Made by a program: the position numbers and the translations under genes
The notes under the pieces: generated by a model
What the model was told of the DNA's origin: nothing
Seen by the model: the letters and a program-made list of their open reading frames with translations, nothing else
Databases searched by the model: none
NCBI GenBank assembly: GCA_040393065.1
Contig: JBEBUW010000012.1
Span: forward strand, 932-64,931
DNA length: 64,000 nucleotides
Reading direction: 5' to 3'
Origin: Lujinxingia vulgaris
GTDB lineage: Bacteria; Myxococcota_A; Bradymonadia; Bradymonadales; Bradymonadaceae
Shown here: positions 26,170-35,600 of the stretch, piece after piece
Numbering within the stretch: the first letter of the stretch is position 1
How the letters are laid out: every line of letters starts with the position of its first letter

Positions 26170-28635
26170 ATGAATGGTAAAAATTGGTGGCGGCTGTTGG
26201 TGGTTTTAGCGGGAATCTGGGCGGCGTTGTTTTCGCTGCCGGTGGAGGCGCAGGCGGCGGATACGTGGACGACGGTGCATCCGGGGATGCGGCGGCTTTT
26301 GCGGACGACGTCGGAGCCGAATCGCATCCATGCGCTGGAGATCGACCTGTGTCGGGCGGGCGTGAGTGTGCGGGCGACGAAGAGCAATGAGCGGAAGCAG
26401 AGGCCGTCGGCGTTCGGGCGGGCGGTGGGGGCGCAGGCCGCGATCAACGGGGATTTCTTTAGTTATAGCGATTACAGCCCGACGGGGCTTGCGATCGGCG
26501 AGGGGGCGCACTGGGCGGGGACGTCGGATAATAACTCCAAGGCGTATATGGCGTTTGGGAAGAACCGGGTGGATTTCTCGGGGCTTCTGGAGACGCGCAA
26601 TCAGGAGAAGTGGATGCGGTCGGTGGTTTCGGGGCGCTCGGTGCTGGTCGAAAACGGCGTGGCGCTCGCCCAGAACTCGGGGCCGGGGATCATGGCGCAC
26701 TGCTCGGACAGGCATCCGCGTTCGATGATGGGGTTGTCGAAAGATCGGAAGACACTGTATCTGGCGGTGGTCGATGGCCGGCAGCCGGGGGTGAGCCGCG
26801 GGATGTTGTGTACGGAAATGGCGGCGCTGATGAAAGGCCTGGGGGCGTATTCGGCGGTGGAGTTGGACGGCGGTGGCTCGAGCGCGTTGTGGGTCGATGG
26901 CGTGGGCGTGTTGAACCGGCCGTCGGACGGCTCGGAGCGCGTGGTGGCCAATCATCTGGCGATCATTGCAAAAGGCAGTGCGCAGCCGGGTTCTTGCGAC
27001 CGTTCGTTTGAGGAATCTTCGCTGCAAACGGCCGCGCACAATGCCAGCACGACAACCGACATCGACGGCGACGGGCTGGCGGACGCCTGCTCGCTCGGGC
27101 CGGATGGCATCGAATGTTATCTGGCGGGCTCGACGCCGCCGTTTTCCAAACGCGTCAACGGGCCGGCGCTGCCGCTTGACCGGGGTTGGAGCAATCCGGC
27201 GAACTATTCGACGATTCGGTATGGCGACATCAACGGTGACGGCAAGGCCGACATCTGCGCGCGCTACAACACGGGGGTGCGCTGCTTTTTGTCGACGGGC
27301 TCCGGATTTTCGGCCGGCTTTGACGGGCCGACGCTCTCCAACGAAGGCGGCTGGAACGCCACGCCGGCTTATTATTCGACGCTCAAAATGGCGGACGTAA
27401 ACGGTGATGGCAAAGACGACTTGTGTGCGCGGGGCTCGGCCGGTTTTTACTGTTATATGAGCCAGGGCAATGCTTTTTCGGGCCGCACTGCCGCGCTGGC
27501 CGCGCTGAACGACGCGAACGGTTTTCATGAGGCCGAGTACTACGGCACGATTCGGATGGGTGATATCAACGGCGACGGCAAAGCCGACGTCTGCGCGCGT
27601 ACCAAAGACGGCATGCGCTGCTGGCTCTCGACCGGCAACGGCTTTGGCACGGAAGTCACCGGACCAGGCTGGAGTGATGCAGGCAACTGGGACCGGCTGC
27701 CGTACTGGTCGACGATTCGGCTGGCGGATGTGGACGGCGACGGCCGCGCGGATCTGTGCGCACGCGCAGGCGCCGGATTTCGCTGCCACCTCTCGCGCGG
27801 CACAAGCTTTGGTGGCGCTGTCTCGGCCGAAATTCTGACCGACGCCTCGGGCTGGGACGACCACGACAACTTTTCGACCATCCAGCTTGCCGACGTAAAC
27901 GGCGACGGCAAACTCGACGTCTGCGCGCGCGCCAACGCCCGCGTGACCTGCTATCCGTGGAATGGCAACGGCTGGGGCTCGGGCATCGCGAGCCTGGCGC
28001 TCGATGACGCGGGCGACTGGAACCAGATCCATTACTATTCGACGATTCGCTACGCCGACGTAAACGGCGACGGCAAAGCCGACCTGTGCGCGCGCGGATT
28101 TAGTCGGTTTGATTGCACGACCAACGCAACAAGCACGGCTGCCGCCAACGTCCTGGGGCCGGCATGGAGCAACGCCCGGGGTTGGACCAGCCCGGCGCAG
28201 TACGCCACGATTCAGATCGTCGATCCGCCGGCGCGGGCGAGTGAACCGGAACCCGAAGATCCGGAAGATCCTGAAGATCCGGAAGATCCAGGACCCGAAG
28301 AGCCAGAAGATCCCACAAACCCTGAGCCGCAAGACGCCGGCGGTTACGACGACATCGATGAATTCGATGACCTGGATGCTCATGATTCCCCGGATGCACA
28401 CCTGGAGGACGCCAGCGGCGCGGACTTCGTCGACACTATGGACGAAGATTTCGACGACCCACAAAACCCGGGCCATCACCATACCACTTCCATGACCGGA
28501 AGCTGCGGCTGCGCCCACATCACGGCGCCGGCCTCACCGCCCCCCGCCGGCGTTTTGTTTGGACTCGCCGGTCTCGCGGCCGTGGTCGCCCTCCGGCGCC
28601 AAGCCTCCACACGAAGGCCGGCCCGCAAACACTGA
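26170..28635 (+). CDS. secreted phosphodiester glycosidase (DUF2233/NAGPA-like) with 7 FG-GAP repeats and MYXO-CTERM-like tail
   Basis: GGAGG RBS. Signal peptide. AINGDFF, RSMMGLSKDRKTLYLAVVDGRQ, ELDGGGSS. Seven D(I/V)(N/D)GDGK.D.CAR repeats. Acidic linker. C-terminal GSCGC...LFGLAGLAAVVALRRQ. Confidence 0.8.
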   Translation: MNGKNWWRLLVVLAGIWAALFSLPVEAQAADTWTTVHPGMRRLLRTTSEPNRIHALEIDLCRAGVSVRATKSNERKQRPSAFGRAVGAQAAINGDFFSYSDYSPTGLAIGEGAHWAGTSDNNSKAYMAFGKNRVDFSGLLETRNQEKWMRSVVSGRSVLVENGVALAQNSGPGIMAHCSDRHPRSMMGLSKDRKTLYLAVVDGRQPGVSRGMLCTEMAALMKGLGAYSAVELDGGGSSALWVDGVGVLNRPSDGSERVVANHLAIIAKGSAQPGSCDRSFEESSLQTAAHNASTTTDIDGDGLADACSLGPDGIECYLAGSTPPFSKRVNGPALPLDRGWSNPANYSTIRYGDINGDGKADICARYNTGVRCFLSTGSGFSAGFDGPTLSNEGGWNATPAYYSTLKMADVNGDGKDDLCARGSAGFYCYMSQGNAFSGRTAALAALNDANGFHEAEYYGTIRMGDINGDGKADVCARTKDGMRCWLSTGNGFGTEVTGPGWSDAGNWDRLPYWSTIRLADVDGDGRADLCARAGAGFRCHLSRGTSFGGAVSAEILTDASGWDDHDNFSTIQLADVNGDGKLDVCARANARVTCYPWNGNGWGSGIASLALDDAGDWNQIHYYSTIRYADVNGDGKADLCARGFSRFDCTTNATSTAAANVLGPAWSNARGWTSPAQYATIQIVDPPARASEPEPEDPEDPEDPEDPGPEEPEDPTNPEPQDAGGYDDIDEFDDLDAHDSPDAHLEDASGADFVDTMDEDFDDPQNPGHHHTTSMTGSCGCAHITAPASPPPAGVLFGLAGLAAVVALRRQASTRRPARKH

Positions 28636-28784
28636 GGCCCCGGCTACCCGCCGGCGCTTTTTGGCTTTACGCCAAACCTTTTCAGACGTACCGTTCCCCT
28701 TATCGTAGCTGTACATAGTAGCCGTTTTATCAAGGCCCGGGACGTATTGGGGGAACACAATACGCGATTTGAAAAGGGGAACGC

Positions 28785-30023
28785 ATGATTAAAAAAAGCT
28801 CGTGGCTCAAAATTCTTGCCGGTCTGGGGTGTGCAACGCTGTTGACGCTTGGCTGTCTTATTGGCCTGCTGGCGCTGGCATTCACCTCAACCATGCACTC
28901 CAACGATCTGGAATCCTGGGAAGCTCTGATCGGGCAAAAGGTTTCGCCGCGCAAACTGCCCGGATGCGCAACCGAGTGGCAGCTTGACCAATCACAAACC
29001 CGAATAACCTGCGATACGCTCCAGGGGCAGCTTCCTTTTGCGCCGGCCGAAAAAACCGGTGTCGCCATCACCACCAATGCAAACAGGCAGGCTCAGCTCA
29101 TCGACTTCACACTCCACGGCGTTGAGAACTACCAGCTCAAAAACGTTGACGACACAATCTATGTGGCATCCTGGGAGCAGATGGCTATCAAACAAATCCT
29201 GGCCAAAGATTGCGCGCCTATTTCCCGACACTATGCCGACATCATCCTCCAACAGTGCACCCACGTTGCCTACGGGCTCGCCCTCCCCACGCCTTCCCGG
29301 CGCGGTCGTCTGAATCTGCCCGATGGCTTCACCGGTCACATCTGGATTGGCCGCAAAACCAGTGAATTCAAGCCGCTGCTGCATACCTGGGGGCACTACA
29401 GCAGCCAGAAACATAGCCAACTCGCTCTGATGACTGCCGAGGACTTGCTCAAAGAAAAGGATTTCCTGAACGCCGACAAAGCCCTGATCGGCGCCGCCTA
29501 CTACGCCCTGCAAACCCGCCAGCCGGATTCGCCCAACGCACCGGACGCAAAGTTCCTCCAGAAAGTCGCCAAAAACCGTCTTCAAATCCGCAGCCAGCTC
29601 GTGAATCTTCGCAAACAGAAACGGCTCGATCCACCGTTGCCCTCCCACAACAGCCTGCTGGACTTGCCTTTCTTACTGCATAAAACCCAATCCGATATCG
29701 AGCTTGTGCTGGGCAAACCCAGAGGCTGCAAAACCATGACCATGCCCTCGACCGGCAAATTTCCACGCTGCACCTACGGCGGCGACGCCTGGCAAATCGA
29801 GGTTTCCTTCATCGAGCAAAAATCCGCGCGCCTGACCTTCACCATTCTCAGCGGGCACCTCCCCTTTGCCAGGGAGTCTCTGGCCAAACTACAAATTCCA
29901 GTCGCAAAGCCTGGCAAATCCACGTCCACTACGCTGCAGTGGAACAACATCGCCGGACTCAAAGAACTTACCCTGCAGACCCAGAAGCCCGACCGCACCG
30001 TCGTCTCGGCACGCGTCCGCTGA
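28785..30023 (+). CDS. hypothetical membrane-anchored/secreted protein
   Basis: N-terminal hydrophobic segment WLKILAGLGCATLLTLGCLIGLLALAF. Coherent codon usage. No motif recognised. Confidence 0.6.
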   Translation: MIKKSSWLKILAGLGCATLLTLGCLIGLLALAFTSTMHSNDLESWEALIGQKVSPRKLPGCATEWQLDQSQTRITCDTLQGQLPFAPAEKTGVAITTNANRQAQLIDFTLHGVENYQLKNVDDTIYVASWEQMAIKQILAKDCAPISRHYADIILQQCTHVAYGLALPTPSRRGRLNLPDGFTGHIWIGRKTSEFKPLLHTWGHYSSQKHSQLALMTAEDLLKEKDFLNADKALIGAAYYALQTRQPDSPNAPDAKFLQKVAKNRLQIRSQLVNLRKQKRLDPPLPSHNSLLDLPFLLHKTQSDIELVLGKPRGCKTMTMPSTGKFPRCTYGGDAWQIEVSFIEQKSARLTFTILSGHLPFARESLAKLQIPVAKPGKSTSTTLQWNNIAGLKELTLQTQKPDRTVVSARVR

Positions 30024-30061
30024 CACGAAACGCCAGCCCCCGAAAACATTCTTCTTGGGTG

Positions 30062-30174
30062 CCGAACCGTTCGGGGCGCAAGAATCATTTGTCGTTCACG
30101 TCCCGAACCGTTCGGGGCGCAAGAATTATTTGTCGATCACGTCCCGAACCGTTCGGGGCGCAAGAATCATTTGT
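30062..30174. repeat. intergenic tandem repeat, 41-bp period, about 2.75 copies, each unit with a short hairpin
   Basis: CCGAACCGTTCGGGGCGCAAGAAT(C/T)ATTTGTCG(T/A)TCACGTC starting at 30062, 30103 and 30144. CCCGAA-CCG-TTCGGG stem-loop in each unit. Confidence 0.9.
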
Positions 30175-30397
30175 ATCGGGCAAGGACACGCGAAGCGCAC
30201 TCCTGGCAAACAAAACCGGAAGCCAGTCCATGCACGGAACTTGCGCCGTGTTCACATCTATTGGCAACGTTCGTTCTGTCTCCAACCCCTTGATTTAGAA
30301 AGGCAAAAGCACGGCGAGCTGGCCACAGGCTGCATTTCATGCCATGTTTTCCCACGCATTGAGTCTATCTGCTCGTAACCACATTCAGGGTGCCCTT

Positions 30398-31159
30398 ATG
30401 ACCAAAAACAGTTCTCCTGCTCGCTTCTATCCTTTATTTCTTATCCTGGCTTGCAGCGCGCAGCTTGCGGGCTGCGCTTCGGGTCAAGCGACGACGGTGG
30501 AACATACCAGTCGCGTGCTCGAGCCGCCGATCCAGCAAACGCGTCCGGCCGCCGGCGAGTTTATTGTGAGCGGGGGGATGGTGGAGGGAGACAGGATTCG
30601 GGCGGAAATTGAGTACCAGCCTTATTGCTACACGCTGGTGCTCGACCAGATTGAGCACAATAAAATCTATGGTCCTAGAAAAAAGCACAGCAGTGGCGCC
30701 GATACCGTTGGCAATACGATTGCCGGCATCGGCAGCGGTGTGCTGGATCAGGCTGCCGGCGAAAAATCCGATATTTTTACGCATGAGACCGGCGAAGATC
30801 GTTTCCTGGCCAGGGAGCAATCCGCCGCAGAAATTCTCTTTGGCGTGCTATTTCTGGCGAGCGGCAGTGAATTTGCATCGCAGAGCCTGAGCCGGCCGAG
30901 TTCGCTGCGCTGGGTCAACGTCACCGAGCGCCCGTACCGCTCCAAAGAAGTTTGTAGCGAGTCACAACCGGGCGGCAGAATTAGAGTTTTCCTGGATGAC
31001 GCGCTTCTGGCCGAAACCGAGTCTGATGACGGGCGCATCGACCTGGATCTGCGCAAGCTGCCGGGCGCGTGTGGGCATCCGGTGCGGGTGATCTACACAC
31101 CGCACAGCTCGGCGGATGAGTTGGTTCTGGTAGATGGGTATGAGGTGGGGTGTGAGTAA
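30398..31159 (+). CDS. lipoprotein, unknown function
   Basis: MTKNSSPARFYPLFLILACSAQLAG-C lipobox. ATG 30398 preferred over the ORF-track start at 30344. Confidence 0.65.
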   Translation: MTKNSSPARFYPLFLILACSAQLAGCASGQATTVEHTSRVLEPPIQQTRPAAGEFIVSGGMVEGDRIRAEIEYQPYCYTLVLDQIEHNKIYGPRKKHSSGADTVGNTIAGIGSGVLDQAAGEKSDIFTHETGEDRFLAREQSAAEILFGVLFLASGSEFASQSLSRPSSLRWVNVTERPYRSKEVCSESQPGGRIRVFLDDALLAETESDDGRIDLDLRKLPGACGHPVRVIYTPHSSADELVLVDGYEVGCE

Positions 31160-31314
31160 AAGGCGAGTCTCGCGCGAAGCCGCGAGGCCGCGAAGAAATT
31201 GAAGTAGGTAAGGAAAGGGCACCGCGTAGCGAGGCGTCAGCCTCAGCGGAGCCAGTCGGTTGTTTTAGCCCTCGGCGTCAGCCGACGGGTGGGGCCGGTG
31301 CATATTGCCTGATT

Positions 31315-32655
31315 TTATTGGATAGGAATGGGCGGGCAGGCGTGTCTCTCGCGAGACACATATTTCTCTCCAAACGCCGCGGCAAAACCCAGATTCAGGG
31401 GCAACAAAAAGCTCAGCGGGATGCTGGTATCCTGGTAGAGAACCGGCACGAACTGCCCCACGCCAAATAGAAGTAAGGCGAGCAGGCTGGTGGCGGCCAG
31501 GAGCAGCCAGAGGTTGGGGAGCCAGCGGGTGGCGCGCTCGGAGCCGAAGGCGTACATCAGGCCAAGCGGGAGCATGAGGAAGGTGAGCGGATTGGCGAGT
31601 AGAACGTTCTGGTTCCAGTAGGTAACGCTGTGGTCGGTGAAGGTTCCCATCAGAGCCAGGACGAGGCCCGGGATGCCGGGGAAAAGCCCGATGAGTGCTG
31701 TGTAGAGGCCGAGCAGGCGGCGTTTTTGGAAGTGTCCAAGTGTTGCGGCGATACCGCCCGCGAGCAGGCCAAGCGCGAGAGCAAAGGGCCAGAGGAGTGA
31801 GGGTTCCTCGGGGATGGGAGCGCGGGTAGAGGTAGCGTAGACAGTGCGGTTGGCAACGAGCGGAATGCGGTTGCCAGCGGCGTCGGTGTACTCGAATTTA
31901 TCGACGGACATTTCGAGTTCTGCAGGCAAAAACATCTCCTCGCGGTTGGTGATGGGCTGGTCGATTTCGTTGTTCATCAGGAACATGAGCAGCGCGTCCA
32001 TGAGAGGATTGTGGCGCGCGTGGCGGCGCGTGTGTTCGCGCAGGGTGAAGCGGGCCGGGGCTTCGGCGGCTTTTGCGAACTGGCCGTCGGTGGCCAGATC
32101 GATGACGTCACGGATGCGGGTAGCGCAGTTGTCGTCGTAGTGGTGGTAGAGGTAGTCGCGGTTTTCGGGCAGGACGTTGTTGGCCAGAAAGCGCGCGATT
32201 TCGACGCGTTTTTCCGGCGAGATATTGAGTTCCTGGATGCGCACGCCGCGGTTCATGCTGGCGTAGAAATCGTAGGTGCGCTTGACGTGGGAGTCGCCGA
32301 CCCAGAATTCCAGGCGTCCCATGGCGAATTTGGCGAGCATGGCGCTGTCGAAGGAAAACATGCCGTAGTTGTAGAGGCGGCTTGTGCGCAGGCGTGTGTC
32401 TTCGACGACAAGTGCGGTGTGTCCGAACCAGGAGGGGATATCGTCGCCGGGTTCAAAGGTGACAAGCTGGATGGACAGGTCTTCGCCGCGGCTGATGCCA
32501 GCTTCGCCCCAGGGCGGCTGGCTGGCCTGGGCGGCGTCTGGATGGGCAGTGGCCACGAGCGCCATCATGAAAAGGCTGAACGCGAAAAGCACCGCTTTAC
32601 GACAAATACTCACTGCTGGTTCCGTAGGTAATAAATGGTTAAAAGGTGTAGCCAA
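31315..32655 (-). CDS. DUF4105 (Lnb N-terminal-like) domain protein with C-terminal multi-TM region
   Basis: Signal peptide. WFGHTALVVED...LYNYGMFSFD...GRLEFWV resembles DUF4105. About 5 hydrophobic helices in the C-terminal third. An alternative GTG start lies about 42 nt downstream. Confidence 0.55.
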   Translation of the reverse strand: MATPFNHLLPTEPAVSICRKAVLFAFSLFMMALVATAHPDAAQASQPPWGEAGISRGEDLSIQLVTFEPGDDIPSWFGHTALVVEDTRLRTSRLYNYGMFSFDSAMLAKFAMGRLEFWVGDSHVKRTYDFYASMNRGVRIQELNISPEKRVEIARFLANNVLPENRDYLYHHYDDNCATRIRDVIDLATDGQFAKAAEAPARFTLREHTRRHARHNPLMDALLMFLMNNEIDQPITNREEMFLPAELEMSVDKFEYTDAAGNRIPLVANRTVYATSTRAPIPEEPSLLWPFALALGLLAGGIAATLGHFQKRRLLGLYTALIGLFPGIPGLVLALMGTFTDHSVTYWNQNVLLANPLTFLMLPLGLMYAFGSERATRWLPNLWLLLAATSLLALLLFGVGQFVPVLYQDTSIPLSFLLPLNLGFAAAFGEKYVSRERHACPPIPIQ

Positions 32656-35600
32656 GATTGAAGTGAAAGCTGCCGAAGTCTTCGCCCGGCCGACGATTTA
32701 AGACAATGCCATAATCGAAAAGTACGGGAATTTGATCGACGATCAGATAACGCAATCCCAGACCGGCCGTCGTTCGAATGTTGCTCAACGCGCCCGTGGC
32801 CGGAAATGCGTTTTTATAACAGCCGGCCGTACTGCGTGTGTTTCCCTCGTCAAAACAATCGGTGAGCAGGCCGGCATCAAAAAACGTGGCTCCGTACACG
32901 TTCCAGCGCTTTACAAGGGGAAATCTAAATTCGGCATTGTAATTGAGCATCAGTTCACCGCCCGGCCCGTGTTGATAACCGGTCACGGGGCCGAGCGAGT
33001 TCGTCGGGAAACCTCGCACGCTGCCCACGCCGCCCAGGTAAAAGCGTTCATCGGGCGGCACGATGGTCTGGCGATCGAAGAGCGGCACAATCTGCCCGAA
33101 GCGGAAACTCTGACCGAACACCAGATCTTTCCAGAGCGTGAAATAGGCGCTGGCGGCGAAGTTCAGGCGCAGGTACGAATCCCCCAGCGCGTCTTCGGCG
33201 CCCTGGGTCAGCGCGTCGCCACTGACAAGCTGCGGTTTGATCTGCAGATGATATCCCTTGCGCGGATTGAGCGGGCTGTCGCGCCGATCCAGGGTAACTT
33301 CGGGGCTGAGTTTTCCGGTGGCACGGCGCGGGGAAAAGATGCGCACATTGCCCACCATTGGATCGTCGGGCGTCCACGTCGCGGCCTGTTTGGCCTCGAT
33401 TCCAAAGGTCAAGGTCAGGCGATCCATCAGCTCGAAAAGCTCTTTGCGAAGCTCCAGGCGAAGGCCCCATTCCTCGCGCAAAACCTCGTCGTTGGCGACG
33501 CCGAGCAAATCGAGCATATAAAAAGGCGTAATCGTCAAAAACAACTTATCGACCCTGGACCACTGCTTCAAAAAGCGCGGATGCGTATAAATCAGCTCTG
33601 CGCCCACCAGATAATCGAGGTTCGAAAACTTTTGCGCAGCGCCCAGATCGCTCATCGTATCGGAGCCGATACTCCACAGATCAAACGCATCGACCGCTGC
33701 GATCAGACGCGGTCGAAAGCGCTGCCCGAATCCAAACAAATTGCTGTCATTGTACTGTACCTCGCCCGTTACCAGCAAGCGACGGCTATCGCCGAGCAGG
33801 TCGCGCCCTTCCAGGCCGAACTTGAAATCGAGATACCGCGAGCGCGATTCTTCCACACTAATCACAAGCGCTGCGGTGAGCTCGTCGTCCACACTGCCGC
33901 CCTGCCCCGGCAGATTCTCTTCCAGGCCGATGGTTTCGATACTGACCGAATCGAACAGCCCGAGCGAACGCATATTGGCCTGACCTTCCAACACCTTATT
34001 GACATTGAAACGCTCGCCGGTTTTCAGCGGCAGCTCCTGATAAATCAGGTCCGCGCTGGTGCGAAAGTTTCCTTTCAACAAGATTTCGCCCACCCGAACG
34101 CGTGGCCCTTCCTCGATCGTATGGCGCACTCGCACATTGGCTTCGATCGCGCCGCCCTCGAATTTGCACCGCTCATCGTCGCGGATCATTTCGCAGGTGA
34201 GCTTATGGCGCGGCTCATCTTCGGCCGTGCACATCGAGCGCAAATCCTCCAGACTCGTCGCCCTGCATTCCGGCGCAAGCTGCGGCGCGTCGCACGCGAC
34301 TTCGCTGCCGCCGAGCAGACGACAACTCGTCTCAATCCGCGTCATCGGATAACCGATCGATGCGTAATGCTGGATCATTCGCGCCTGATCTGCGCGCACA
34401 TTGAGCGGAACAAAGGATTTCCCATTGGAAACGCCCAGCAAAGCCTGCAGCGAACCCGCCGGAACCACGCGCGCACCTGTAATATCCACGCGTTCTGCAA
34501 GCGTTTTGTAGCCTTCTCGAATATAAATGTGCACGTTCATGGCGTCGTTGGACGGCAGTGTTTCCAGCACAAAACGCTCGACCACGGCCTGCAAAAAACC
34601 GCGTTCCCGATACAGAGCTTCGACCTTGCTAAAGTCGTCCAACAACTGATCGGTCTGCAAATAACCGCCGGCCGCAAACAATTCGTAAGGCTGCGTGCCA
34701 AATCCCTGCGTGATTTCCGAGGCCGCAAGATTCTCATTACCGTGAATCAGAATTTTGTTAATTTTCAGGCGCGGCCCTTCACGGATTTCAAACTCAATCG
34801 AGCGCGTATCGCGATCCACGATGATCTCTTGCCCCTGCACCCGGCTGAACGGATAGCCACGGGTTTCATACAGCTTACGAATCTCGTGCTCGGCCTGCGC
34901 AATCGCCTCGCGGTCGACATATCCCGACGCAAAAAACGGCAACTGAGAAATCAACGCATCCGCATCAAAAAGCTGATTGCCCTTGAAACTCAATTTCCAG
35001 TGCGGCCCCTCATTGATATCGAACAAAAGCCTGGCGCAACCCGCATCCAGATCCGTTTGAACAGCCTGCTCCACAATCCGCGCGCGGAAATACCCGAGAC
35101 GCCGATACTGCTGGATCAGCGCATCGCGCCCGGCACGATAATCCTGCGTGGTAAAGGTAGGCTTCACCAGCGGAACGCGGCGCGTAAAAAACGGCAGATT
35201 CGTCAGCAAAAGCTCACGCGCCTGCGAATAACGCATCGCGCGCACACCCCGCAGGCCAATATCGCAAACCGACAGCCCTTCGCCCTTATCAATCTTGAAT
35301 GTCAGATCTACCAGATGTTTCTGGTTCCCGACGTTTTCGACGATCATCTCGATCTTGGAGCCGAAATATCCCTCGCGCTCAAACATCGCCTGCAGACTCG
35401 AAAGCTGCGCCTCGGCCTTGTCGTCATCCTCGGCATAAGCCTGGCCGGGGCGATAAATCAGCAACTTGCGCAATTCCGACTCAAACGGCGGCGGCGAAAG
35501 CCCCTCAAAACTCACCTTGCGGATCAGCACCGCACCGCGCGCCGCGATGGTCAGCATGACGCGCTCGCCCGCAAGCTCTTTGCTGAACTCAAACGACTGA

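Noticed and set aside
26206-28518. A 770-aa minus-strand ORF antisense to the FG-GAP/phosphodiester-glycosidase gene, plus several other nested ORFs.
   Set aside because: The sense frame has clear domain repeats and a signal peptide. The antisense product is Arg/Pro/His-rich. This is typical GC-rich shadow-ORF behaviour.
30062-30174. The 41-bp repeat array considered as a CRISPR array.
   Set aside because: The units are directly adjacent with no spacers. There are fewer than three full copies, and no cas genes are in the window.
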